Of a DNA stretch of 64,000 nucleotides, positions 26,679-37,922 are shown piece by piece; positions within the stretch are counted from its first letter, which is position 1; the number at the start of each line of letters is the position of its first letter. The stretch lies in assembly GCF_006345805.1 (NCBI RefSeq), contig NC_043010.1:4154001-4218000 (forward strand), written 5' to 3'. Under the pieces are notes generated by a model. That model worked only from the letters and a program-made list of their open reading frames with translations, had not been told where the DNA came from and did no database searches. The stretch is from Octopus sinensis (taxonomy: Eukaryota). The position numbers and the translations under genes are program-made.

Positions 26679-28052
26679 ATATATATATATATATTTATGT
26701 ATGCATGAATACCTTGTCATTTTCATTTTACCATAGATGATTTGGTTTTGTAGAATTAGCATATTTTTAGAGTAAGTATAGCAAATGGGTTTTTTATATG
26801 TCTATATCTAATTGCATTCAATTGACAATGCCAACCAAGGATAAAACCAGTATGACACCTATTTTTCACTTTGTCAGATGAAGACAAGCAGAGTAATATA
26901 TTTTACCTTGTAACGGGTCATCTATCAATCACGTATGACTTGAAGCTAGATTAGTGTTATTGTAACAGGACAGAGAAATAGATTGGTAGTCATGAATAAA
27001 ATGTCAATCTCTAGAGAGGAATGGGCCTCTTGTCACAGATTAATGGTGAATTGAGTGTAAATTACATAGAAACATGGTACCATGGATTAAATTCATTCAT
27101 ACAAAGTGTTATTGTCCAACTTGAGATTAGCTGTGATGGAACAAATACGTTGTAATTAATCCATCTGTTTTAAGACACAGTGTACCAAGATGATCCTTCC
27201 TGCTGTCATTGTTTAGCCCCAGGTTGTCACTGATAAATTAGAGCCCTGATTAAAGGCATTCCAATCATGACCATTCCATCAATTTGTATATTAGGAACTT
27301 CACTGCCCAATGTGCACTTATTTTATATTTTGATAAAGTATAATTTGAGGGAAATTTAGCTGCTACTTCCAGTAGATTGAACAAACACACAGAGGTTTCT
27401 TTATTAGTTTAAATGAATGTTACACTGCTAATGTGAAATTCTCAAAATTCCTAATAGACAAAACTTCTTCCTTTGAGTAGTATATTCAAAGAAAGCTGTA
27501 TTGTTTCTTCATATAATGCCAGAATAACTGGAAGAAGCAAAATTCAGTTGTCATTTCTAGCAGTCATAAAGACTATATAAAGGTTTCTTCATTGGCTTGC
27601 GTATAGCATGTATATTCTATGGCAGCTATATAGCTATCTTTGTTGTCATCTATACTGTGCATCTTAGATTCTTCTACATTACAAGGTGACATTTTTATTA
27701 TATAGAATATCATCGGAGAAAATCCTGTTTAATTTTATGCATCTCTACAACTATTGTATCTTTGAAATAAGAAAAAGTAAAGACAAATTTCAAAAACATT
27801 ATATAAATAGTTCGCTTTTAGGAAGTTGTAATACTTCAATTTCGATAAGTTTGTATGCTATGTGGAGACAACAGTCCTGACATTTTGAGAATGCTGTTTA
27901 ATCGTATTTGCTAGTATTCTGCATTCACTTCAAAATTTTATCTGGATAAGCTCCACAAGGAAATATTTAAATTATTGTCTTTTAATACTTTACGTTTCAG
28001 AATATATAAAAATAAATAAATAAATAACATATACACAGTTATTTGGCTAGAC

Positions 28053-28548
28053 CAGTAGTTTTTAAATGGTGCATTGCAGCAGACTGGTGCACTGAAAGGA
28101 GTATCTAGGTGCACGATAAATATTTCACCTTAGTGAGGGTGGTGAAACAGGGACTCTGACTTCTTAATAGAGGACAAAGACCATTCAGTTCGATTGATGT
28201 TGGTAAGGACAAACAATGTCAAGCTGAGGACATGTGAAAGCTAATATGGCACAGGAAATTCTGTTGTGGTGAAATTCACTTCAGTTGCTCTGCTTGAATA
28301 AAAAGGTGGCTTTTTAAAACTACAATTTAATGCTTTAGAAAATTGATGTTAATGGATTGGCATAGGAGTGGCTGTGTGGTAAAGTTATAAGTGTAGGAGT
28401 GGCTGTGTGGTAAGTAGCTTGCTTACCAACCACATGGTTCTGGGTTCAGTCCCACTGCATGGCACCTTGGGCAAGTGTCTTCTACTATAGCCTTGGGCCA
28501 ACCAAAGCCTTGTGAGTGGATTTGGTAGATGGAAACTGAAAGAAGCCC

Positions 28549-28581
<33 letters not shown>

Positions 28582-29064
28582 ATGTATGTATGTGTGTGTA
28601 TATGTTTGTATGTCTGTGTTTGTCCCCACCACCATCGCTTGACAACCGATGCTGGTGTGTTTATGTCCCTGTAACTTAAGAGTTTGGCAAAAGAGACTGA
28701 TAGAATAAGTTCTAGGCTTACAAAGAATGAGTCCTGGGGTCGATTTGCTCGACTAAAAGCAGTGCTCCAGCATGGCCACAGTCAAATGACTGAAACAAGT
28801 AAAAAGTAAGAGAGTATTTAGTGGTATATACACTTCTAGACAGTACCCCAACATTGCCACATTCCAATGATTGAAAGAAATAAAAGATAAAATATAGTAT
28901 GATTAATAAAACAAGGGATGCAATAGCTTTATGTTTTTGTTTCTAAATTTTTAACTTTCAAACAGCTTATTCTTAAAAAAAAAAATCCCCCTATGAGATG
29001 TACACTTGTATTATATTTGTTGAACTCCTGTACAACAAATAGTCAAAAACATTCAGAACCACTG
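28053..29064. mobile_element. Old hAT (Charlie/Buster-like) non-autonomous element with a SINE inserted
   Basis: Ends CAGTAGTTTTTAA ... TTCAGAACCACTG; the flanking 8-mers GGCTAGAC and AACTAGAA share CTAGA. Confidence 0.4.
28358..28816 (+). mobile_element. SINE family A with a duplicated 5' head
   Basis: TAGGAGTGGCTGTGTGGTAA occurs twice (~28363 and ~28394) before the body. Confidence 0.85.
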
Positions 29065-29385
29065 AACTAGAAATATTTGTTCAATCATTTAGTTTCCATG
29101 CTTTTAATTAGTGTTATCTTCTAATTATAGTATGAAGAATGGATTGGTACATTCCATAGAGTGTTGGACGTAATGCTTTGTAGTGTTTAGTTACACCTTT
29201 TCATGTTTTGATTTCAAATACTACCAAGGCCAGACTGCTGGGACCAATAAAACAAAGGCCAGTTTATTATTGGTTGACATCTAATCAACTATACACACTA
29301 CCTTGCAAATTTAATGCTTTGTGATTATGTATGAAATAGATATTTAATTAATAAATCTGTCAGGAGGCTATTCTTATCTTGAACA

Positions 29386-29468
29386 GGTAAATGTGATCAA
29401 GCAGTCTACAGCACTGGTTTAAGGCACCAGTCTCTTCAGAGGCATGGGTTTGAATCACAGCTTTGCCA
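29386..29468 (+). pseudogene. tRNA-Leu(AAG) pseudogene
   Basis: Anticodon arm CTGGT-TTAAGGC-ACCAG, variable arm TCTCTTCAGAGG, T-loop GGTTTGAATC, 3' GCCA. Many CpG-type mutations break the D and acceptor arms. Confidence 0.75.
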
Positions 29469-29870
29469 TAACTAATTAATCTTATACAACAAACATACAT
29501 ACATACATTTAGCCTCGTCACAAACCTCAAATTATACATATACAATATGTGTGTGTATGTGTATAGGTTTTGTGATGTCAACAGGAAAATAGAACTCATA
29601 ACGTATATATGTTTTTTATTAATGATCAGCAAATGTCATAGAACGACTAAGTGATTTTTTTACGTGACTTTTTGCAACAAACTTTTTGTACAGTAACAAA
29701 TTTTATAATCTAAAGGTTAACTTCATGAGTAAATTAAAAACATTCCGGGCCGAATCCGAACCTGCAATCCTGAAATTTTGGATTACTATGTTTTCATTAA
29801 TATGATTGTTTTTGGCAATTTTTTTTTACATGATTTCATATGCCATGGCTGGTCTGTGATCACAGGATGC

Positions 29871-29916
29871 CTGCTGCTGAAGAAGTTCAGTAGACTGAAA
29901 TCACATGATCTTGTAG
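29871..29916 (+). ncRNA. Hammerhead motif with weakened stem I
   Basis: cugcug-CUGAAGA-aguu(cagua)gacu-GAAA-UCA(ca)UGA-U-C-uuguag. Confidence 0.5.
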
Positions 29917-30089
29917 TTCAGACACCTGTTACAGATGATTCTTGATTGCAATATATATGTCTCTGCTTTTAGGCACCATGCACCTATGTGAAAGGACCTC
30001 TCAAGGTTAATACTGCTGTATTCAGCATTCAAACTAGTCACCCATATTAAGTTGGTTATAAAAATAGTTGTTTGTGTATATATATAAAT

Positions 30090-30318
30090 ATGTGTGTGTG
30101 TGTGTGTGTGTGTTTGTCCCTCACCACAGCTTGTCAACTGCTGCTGGTTTGTTTACGTCCCCATAACTTGCTGGTTGGTAAAAGAGACTGATAGAATAAG
30201 TACCAGGCTAAAAGAAACAAAAGTATTGGAGTTGATTCATTTGACTGAATTCCTTTAAGATATTGCCCCAGCATGGCTGCTGTCTAATGAGTGAAACAAG
30301 TAAAAGAATAAAAAGAAT
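30090..30318 (+). mobile_element. SINE family A, 3' part
   Basis: (TG)n followed by the family A 3' body and tail. Confidence 0.7.
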
Positions 30319-30557
30319 ATATATTTAATATTTCCTCCAGAGACATACCAAATCTTGCAATACATTATTCAGGAAATATTTGAAGTTTGTTGCATAAGTT
30401 TGTATTTTAGATCTATAATAAAATTTATTACTCTTGCATGCTTTTAACTTTTTAACTGTATACATTCTCTTTTCTACATTACCATCTCCTCTTGCATGCT
30501 CTCTCTCTTTTTTTGTCTTACTTATGTGAAATGCAGATTAAAATAATTTTTATAAAT

Positions 30558-30723
30558 AGGCGCAGGAGTGGCTGTGTGGTAAGTAGCTTGCTTACCAACC
30601 ACATGGTTCCGGGTTCAGTCCCACTACGCGACATCTTGGGCAAGTGTCTTCTACTATAGCCCCGGGCCGACCAATGCCTTGTGAGGGGATTTGGTAGACG
30701 GAAACTGAAAGAAGCCCGTCGTA

Positions 30724-30774
<51 letters not shown>

Positions 30775-30990
30775 TTGTGTGTCTGTGTTTGTTCCCCTAG
30801 CATTGCTTGACAACCGATGCTGGTGTGTTTACATCCCTGTCACTTAGCGGTTCGGCAAAAAGAGACCGATAGAATAAGTACTGGGCTTACAAAAAGAATA
30901 TGTCCCAGGGTCGAGTTGCTCGACTAAAGGCGGTGCTCCAGCATGGCCGCAGTCAAATGACTGAAACAAGTAAAAGAGTAAAAAGAGTAA
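30558..30990 (+). mobile_element. SINE family A, young full-length copy
   Basis: Full-length and retains CpGs. Confidence 0.9.
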
Positions 30991-31363
30991 ATGTATTGCA
31001 AACAAATACTAAGCTTTATTTTTGTTTTAATCTCTCACTCCTCCACACACTCACACTTGCAGAAACAGAAGCTTATTCTGTCATAGTCATACAGTTACAG
31101 CATCTACAAATCACAAAAAGCATTCAATGCATTTATATTTCTTTATAGATTTTTTTATTTCAAAGGCTACTGAAAACATAGAAGGCATTTCATCTTGCAG
31201 ACAACGTAGCTGTTTCTAGAATCAGGAGAATTTAGGTGTAATATCTTAAATTCTGATGGCTCTATAGATATACCTATGGTCTCTCTTTGATGAGACATTT
31301 TGCAAGTTGAAAGCAACTGCATATACACACACACATATATATATATATACATACAAGCATATA

Positions 31364-31580
31364 TACAAGGGAGTGTTGAAAATCTCCTGGCTTTAAGGGT
31401 ATCGCGAAAGGCCTAGTTGGAGGTCCAACCTTCCTAGTTCTTGTACAGGGCTTAGAATGACTGAAAGTTCTGCTGTTATAGGTGTTTGAATCCGTGAGGG
31501 GAATATGTTGAATAAAATCATATTTAACTGATCTTTCTGTATTTTCTTTTACCCAAAGCCATGAACTTTTCAGCACCTCT
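31364..31580 (+). mobile_element. Mariner-derived MITE
   Basis: TIRs TACAAGGGAGTGTTGAAAATCTCCTGGCTTT / AAAGCCATGAACTTTTCAGCACCTCT. Internal GGG GAA TAT GTT GAA TAA reads GEYVE*, a mariner transposase C-terminus. Confidence 0.75.
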
Positions 31581-31772
31581 GCCATGATAGATTGTTAGCC
31601 ACTACACACATTTTTTTTTCTCTCCTTGCTTTTTTTTGTACCCCTTTCTGTAGAAGAGCATTGACTCGAAACGTAAAAGACTTTTTCTACTCCTGAGCGT
31701 TATACTAATACATCTGTTTGTTTTGTACACCACCCGTCTTCATCTTTTGTTTTTTCTTAAACTCTCCCTATA
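31579..31772 (+). mobile_element. Solo terminal repeat of the Penelope-like family at 5083-5277
   Basis: Aligns to the reverse complement of 5083-5277; ends in (TA)n. Confidence 0.8.
31644..31679 (+). ncRNA. Minimal hammerhead-like motif with CUGUAGA core
   Basis: cuuu-CUGUAGA-a-gag(cauuga)cuc-GAAA-C-GU-A-aaag. Confidence 0.6.
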
Positions 31773-31904
31773 TATATAGTGTAAACAAGAGAGACAGAGA
31801 AAGGCAGAAACAAGGAAAATGCCACTTATATTTGAACACTATACAAATATTCTTTTAAAAAAACTTTTCTTTTAATTTCTCTAAATGTAATTATTTAATC
31901 ATTA

Positions 31905-31942
31905 CAGTTGAAAAGGTCTCAAAATGACCGAAACCGGTACTG
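31905..31942 (+). ncRNA. Minimal hammerhead with U3-A8 compensatory core (UUGAAAA)
   Basis: cag-UUGAAAA-gguc(ucaaaau)gacc-GAAA-CCGG-U-A-cug; palindromic ACCGGU stem III. Confidence 0.7.
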
Positions 31943-31990
31943 AAATGTTTTTTATAAAATTATTTTAGCATTTTCTATCTTGACTTGTTT

Positions 31991-32030
<40 letters not shown>

Positions 32031-33256
32031 GCACTCACATAGACATGTGTGCATGTGTGTGTATAGTTGTGTGAATGTGTGTGTGTATATCATCATCATC
32101 ATCATCATCATTTAAGGTCCGTTTTCCATGCTGGCATGGGTTGGATGGTTTGATAGGAGCTGGCAAGTCTGGGGGCCACACCAGCTTCCATTGTCTGTTC
32201 TGACATGGTTTCTACAGCTGGATGCCAGCTTTCTTTCACCTTCACCTATTGAACATACATACAGTATGAAACACCAGAATCTTTCTCTCTCTCAATCTCT
32301 CAATCTCTCTCCCGCTATCCCTCCGTTTTTCAACTTCTGTAGAAACTTGTTTTCTCTCTCTGTTTCTTTCACTCTTCTCTCTGTGTTTATCTCATTCAGT
32401 CACTCACACATATTCTAGAAAGGTCATAATGTTAAATTTTTGTAATGCAAATACGTAAATGAAAATAAAGTTTATTTGGTAACCGAAAGATTACTAAATC
32501 TTTTGACACCTCATATGTTAAAACTGGCAACTCAGTTTTTGAATCCATAAGGAATATACACACACAAACTCTATTTTATATATTAAGATACACACACACA
32601 CATTCATACATGCGCGCGCACACACACACACACAACACACACACACACTCATATATACATGTGTGTATCTGGATAACTGGTCAAAACTTCAAAGTCACTG
32701 TCAATAATATCCGTGTTTAAGAATAATAACCAAGGTATTAACAAATTCATATTTTGCAGTGAGTCAGTTTCTATTTCATTATCACGACTCTGTTGGTTGA
32801 ATATTAAAAAGAAAAACAACCTAATTAGAAATAATTATATTCTGGTGATGAAAAGACATTAACTTATGACTAATATTGTTGCAATTATTTCAACAAGTAA
32901 GGGAGATAACTGCAGGCATGTTTCAGTCTTATTAAACTGCTTTGACAAAGTCCAGACTTCCATTTTTAACAATCAGGCACCCCTTGCTTGTCTCTCCTCT
33001 TCTCATTAGTCATGTTATGTCCACCCTTAACTATTTCATTAACCACTCCAACCAGTCCTTCCTTCCCAGAATATCTCCTTCTGGAACACTTTCCCTCTTA
33101 AGTTTTTTCCCACAGGTGACGACTTGTAAAAACAATTAAAGCAGAACATGATAGGTATTAATGTTATTCGTGATGGAGTTCCTGTGAAAGCTATATTTAC
33201 TGCCCCTTTCTCCAAACTCACCAAAAGATACCAAAACGGTAACATGTATAGACATT

Positions 33257-33812
33257 AAGGCGGCGAGCTGGCAGAAACATTAGCACACTGGGTAAAATGC
33301 TTAGCAGTATTTTATCTGTCTTTATATTCTGAGTTCAAATTCCGCTGAGGTCAACTTTGCCTTTCATCCTTTTGGGGTCAATAAATGAAGTACCAGTTGT
33401 GTACTGGAGTTGATCTACTTGACTGACCCCTTCCCCCAAAATTTTGGGCCTTGTGCCTAGAGTAGAAAAGAATATGTATAGGCATGAAAAATTAGTATAA
33501 GTATTAAAAAAAATGGAAGAAGTCACGGAACAGAAATTACTCAGTGATGCCCTCTGCATGAAAAGCAAGAGTAAAGTTAATCTTAATGTATTTAAAGTAG
33601 TCCAAGGTGGCAAACTGGCAGAATTGTTAGCATGCTGGGCAAAATGCTGCTAAGTATTTTGTCCGTCTTTATGTTCTGGGTTCAAATTCCGCTGTGGTTG
33701 ATTTTGCCTTACATCCTTTTTTGATAAATTAAGTACCAGATGAGTACTGGGATCGATGTAATTGACTTACCCTCTCTCCCCGAAATTGCTGGCCTTGTGC
33801 CAAAATGTGAAA
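33257..33812 (+). mobile_element. Two tandem SINE family B copies (33257-33472 and 33604-33812)
   Basis: Both start AAGG(C/T)GGC...CTGGCAGAA and carry GTTCAAATTCC. Confidence 0.8.
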
Positions 33813-34102
33813 TGAGTATATTTAATGTAGTGAGATAATTAAAATAATGTTGACCACTGAGCTTAGTCATTTTCTCAAACACTAATACTAAATTATTAGT
33901 GTACTGTAACTTTGTTATAATAATATAGGGTGAGATACAACACCACCTCATACATTATAGATTACACTAAAGGTATTAATGTCTTTTATACAATATATTC
34001 ATTTAACTTTTAATTACTATACTGTTCATGAAATAGTGTTGTTTAATACTTCAACATTCATGTCCTACAAGGGTGCAAGACAACAATAGCTATACTGGAA
34101 AT

Positions 34103-34513
34103 AGGCGCAGGAGTGGCTGTGTGGTAAGTAGCTTGCTAACCAACCACATGGTTCCGGGTTCAGTCCCACTGCGTGGCATCTTGGGCAAGTGTCTTCTGCT
34201 GTAGCCCTGGGCCGACCAATGCTTTGTGAGTGGATTTGGTAGACGGAAACTGAAAGAAGCTTGTCGTATATATGTATATATATATAAGTGTGTGTGTATA
34301 TGTTTGTGTGTCTGTGTTTGTCCCCCTAGCATTGCTTGACAACTGATGCTGGTGTGTTTACGTCCCCGTTACTTAGCGGTTCGGCAAAAGAGACTGATAG
34401 AATAAGTACTGGGCTTACAAAGAATAAATCCCGGGGTCGATTTGCTCGACTAAAGGCGGTGCTCCAGCATGGCCACAGTCAAATGACTGAAACAAGTAAA
34501 AGAGTAAAGAGTA
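34103..34513 (+). mobile_element. SINE family A
   Basis: Full-length family A structure. Confidence 0.9.
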
Positions 34514-35107
34514 CATTATCAAACGTTTCCTTTAAATTTTTTAGGCAGTAGATTAATGTATGAATGAAAATCAGCTGCTGTTTTTAGCAAGTTGAGCAAC
34601 CCTGTACAAACTTACTCTTTTGCTGAACCAGTACCTACAATGTCTTTGAAAGCGAATAGCAAACAACTTGGCAGTAAGTGTTAATGGAAACAGTGAAGAT
34701 GGTTAGAGCAAATATAATCATTATATACTTTTCGCAAAACCTCAGAGGTGAGGTGATAGAAGGAAATGAAGACCAAAGCAATTATAATAAGAAAATATCC
34801 TGGAATAGCGATGGCATTAGCAGACTTATATCTACTGAATTGATAGTATCCCCCGTAATCATCAATTATCTGTGAGTTTTATTGAGATATTATATTTATT
34901 AGTTGTTTATCTTATCTTTTATCTAAAAAGGTTCCCATTCAACTTGCTTTTGTTCATCATGGAAAATATTTTTTAAAAATGAAACAAAAGAAAAAACAAA
35001 GCAAAAGAAACATAGAAACAAACAAACAAACAATATCTGTTTGTAACAAATTAACAGTAGAGAAGAGGGACATAAGAACCCATTACTTTCTGAGAGTGTT
35101 TATAGTA

Positions 35108-35163
35108 ACACACAAAACACACACACACACAAACACAAACACACACAAACACACACAACACAC

Positions 35164-35221
<58 letters not shown>

Positions 35222-35463
35222 ACACACACAAACACACACACACACACACAAACCACACACACACACAAACACACACACAAACACACACAAACACACACAC
35301 ACACACACAACACACACACACACAACACACCACAACACACACAAACACACACACACACACAACACACACACACACACACAACACACACACACACAAACAC
35401 ACACCACACACACAAACACACAAACACACACACACACACAAACACACAAACACACACACAAAC

Positions 35464-35498
<35 letters not shown>

Positions 35499-35503
35499 CA
35501 CAC
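35108..35503. repeat. Imperfect (CA)n microsatellite
   Basis: Directly visible. Confidence 0.95.
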
Positions 35504-35921
35504 AATGATAGAGATAGATAGATTGACAGATACCAAGGGCAAGACAGACAGACAGACAAATAGAGTTAGATAGAAAGATAGATAAAGAATGTTTGAAATT
35601 TAAAACACAGATTAACCAACTGACCGGTGGGCTAAAATGTAGATACATACATATTTTCTTTCATTATCATTACTTCTTTCTCTCTTTTTCTCTTTCATCT
35701 CCCCCTCTCTCTCTTTCTCTCTTCTTTCTCTCTCCCTCTTTCACTTATCTACTCTTACATTTCCTCAGTCTTACACACACACACATAACAACAATAATAT
35801 TGATTTCTAATGTAGATGACCAAGATAATAGTTAGCTTAATTGACATCAGTGTCCAGTGTCGGACTGGCTGGTACTTTTTATAACAATCTCGAAAGAGTG
35901 TGAGGTAAAGTAAACCCTATC

Positions 35922-35924
<3 letters not shown>

Positions 35925-35988
<64 letters not shown>

Positions 35989-36078
35989 CATCATCATTAT
36001 CACCATCACCACCATCACCACCATCACCACCAAAACCACCACCACCACCACCATCATCACCAGCATCATCATCATCAT
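35925..36078. repeat. (CAT/CAC)n microsatellite
   Basis: Directly visible. Confidence 0.9.
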
Positions 36079-36410
36079 TTTTGTGTTTGTTTTTCTCAGT
36101 TGGTATCAGTTGGATGGATCTTCAAGGGCTGTGTTTCACAGTGGAATGCCCTTCCTGTTGCCAACCCTTTTCACCACATCTTATAACTTCCAGGATTGTG
36201 ATGTGATTGTAAACCGATACCAAGGAAAAAGATAAATTAATTAATTAGTTGTTAAAAGTGGAAAACACTTAGTGTAGAGAATTAAGGTTTTCACAGTGAG
36301 AAACCTGATGAATTATGAAAAATTCAGTTTTGTAATTAATTGCAACAATAACTCTATAAAACTATATAGTTATTAAGATGCCAACCCAAATTAGGATAAA
36401 ACCAACCTTT

Positions 36411-36624
36411 GCCACCACCTCCACCACCACCACCACCACCTCCACCACCACAACCACCACCACCACCACACAACCACCACCACCACCACCACCACCACCA
36501 CCGCCGCCACCATCACCACAACCGCCGCCACCACCACCACCACCACCACCACCACCACCGCCACCACCACCACCACCCACCACCACCACCATCACCACCA
36601 TCACCCCCACCCCCACCACCACCA
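36411..36624. repeat. (CCA/CCG)n microsatellite
   Basis: Directly visible; source of the poly-P/H/T/G ORFs. Confidence 0.9.
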
Positions 36625-36662
36625 AGTAAAAGATAAGATATATATATATATATATATACACA

Positions 36663-36975
36663 CATCATCATCATCATCATTGTTCGACCGTGGTCGAGAC
36701 AATGGAATTTACCATGCTACGCCAGACTTCACGGTCCATCATGGCATTACAGAGGTCCTGTTGCTGGATGCCTGTATCCCTGGAGATTACATCAGGGTAG
36801 GAGAGTGTGCACCCTCTGGTATTGCGAGTAGATGGCTTCTAGAGGAGAAGAGTAGAAATTGCCTCGTTTTCAGCTCTACAATAATGTCCAGCAAACTGGA
36901 CTCTCCTACCTTTCACAAGAGATGACACAGGTGGTAGTTTCCCATATATTTGCATTTTGGTTGGATGGCGTTTCC
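36663..36975 (-). mobile_element. RTE-clade LINE 3' end, same family as 9120-9435
   Basis: Reverse-complement match including the (TGA)n tail. Confidence 0.75.
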
Positions 36976-37038
36976 ACGAGAGATACACACACACACACAC
37001 ACACATACTTATGTACATTTATATATATATATATAATA

Positions 37039-37090
<52 letters not shown>

Positions 37091-37410
37091 CTATTGATCT
37101 ATCTATATATGTTTACATATTGTGTGTGTGCATGTACCATACATACACACACACACACACCACATACATATAGATATATATAAATACAGATACATAATAC
37201 ACTCATCCATCCGTATATATATATATTGATTGATTGATTGTGCAAGAATGTACATGATTATCAAACAGGACAGCTATACTCATACCCAAACATGCAGCAA
37301 TCAAACATACACTCATAATACACAATCACTTGTAAATAGTCTATTTACTTCTTTCATCACAGAAATAAAAGAAAGATTAATTTGAGGTACAAATTTTCAA
37401 GAGTGAACAT

Positions 37411-37590
37411 AGGCACAGGAGTGGCTGTGTGGTAAGTAGCTTGCTTACCAACTGCATGGTTCTGGGTTCAGTCCCACTGCGTGGCACCTTGGGCAAGTGT
37501 CTTCTACTATAGCCTCGGGCTGACCAAAGCCTTGTGAGTGGATTTGGTAGACGGAAACTGAAAGAAGCCCGTCGTATATATATATATATA

Positions 37591-37626
<36 letters not shown>

Positions 37627-37628
37627 AC

Positions 37629-37694
<66 letters not shown>

Positions 37695-37922
37695 GCGTGC
37701 ATGTGTATACATTTGTGTGTATGTGTGTGTCCCCAACATCGCTTGACAACCAATGCTGGTGTGTTTACGTCCCCGTATCTTAGCAGTTCAGCAAAAGAGA
37801 CTGATAGAATAAGTACTAGGCTTATAAAGAATAAGTCCTGGGATCGATTTGCTTGACTAAAGGCGGTACTCCAGTATGGCCACAGTCAAAATGACTGAAA
37901 CAAGTAAAAGAGTAAGAGAGTA
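37411..37922 (+). mobile_element. SINE family A with expanded internal (TA)n
   Basis: Full-length family A structure. Confidence 0.9.

Noticed and set aside
36301-36330. AAAC-CTGATGA-attat-GAAA-aattc-agttt hammerhead-like string
   Set aside because: There is no room for stem II and stem I is out of register; probably chance.
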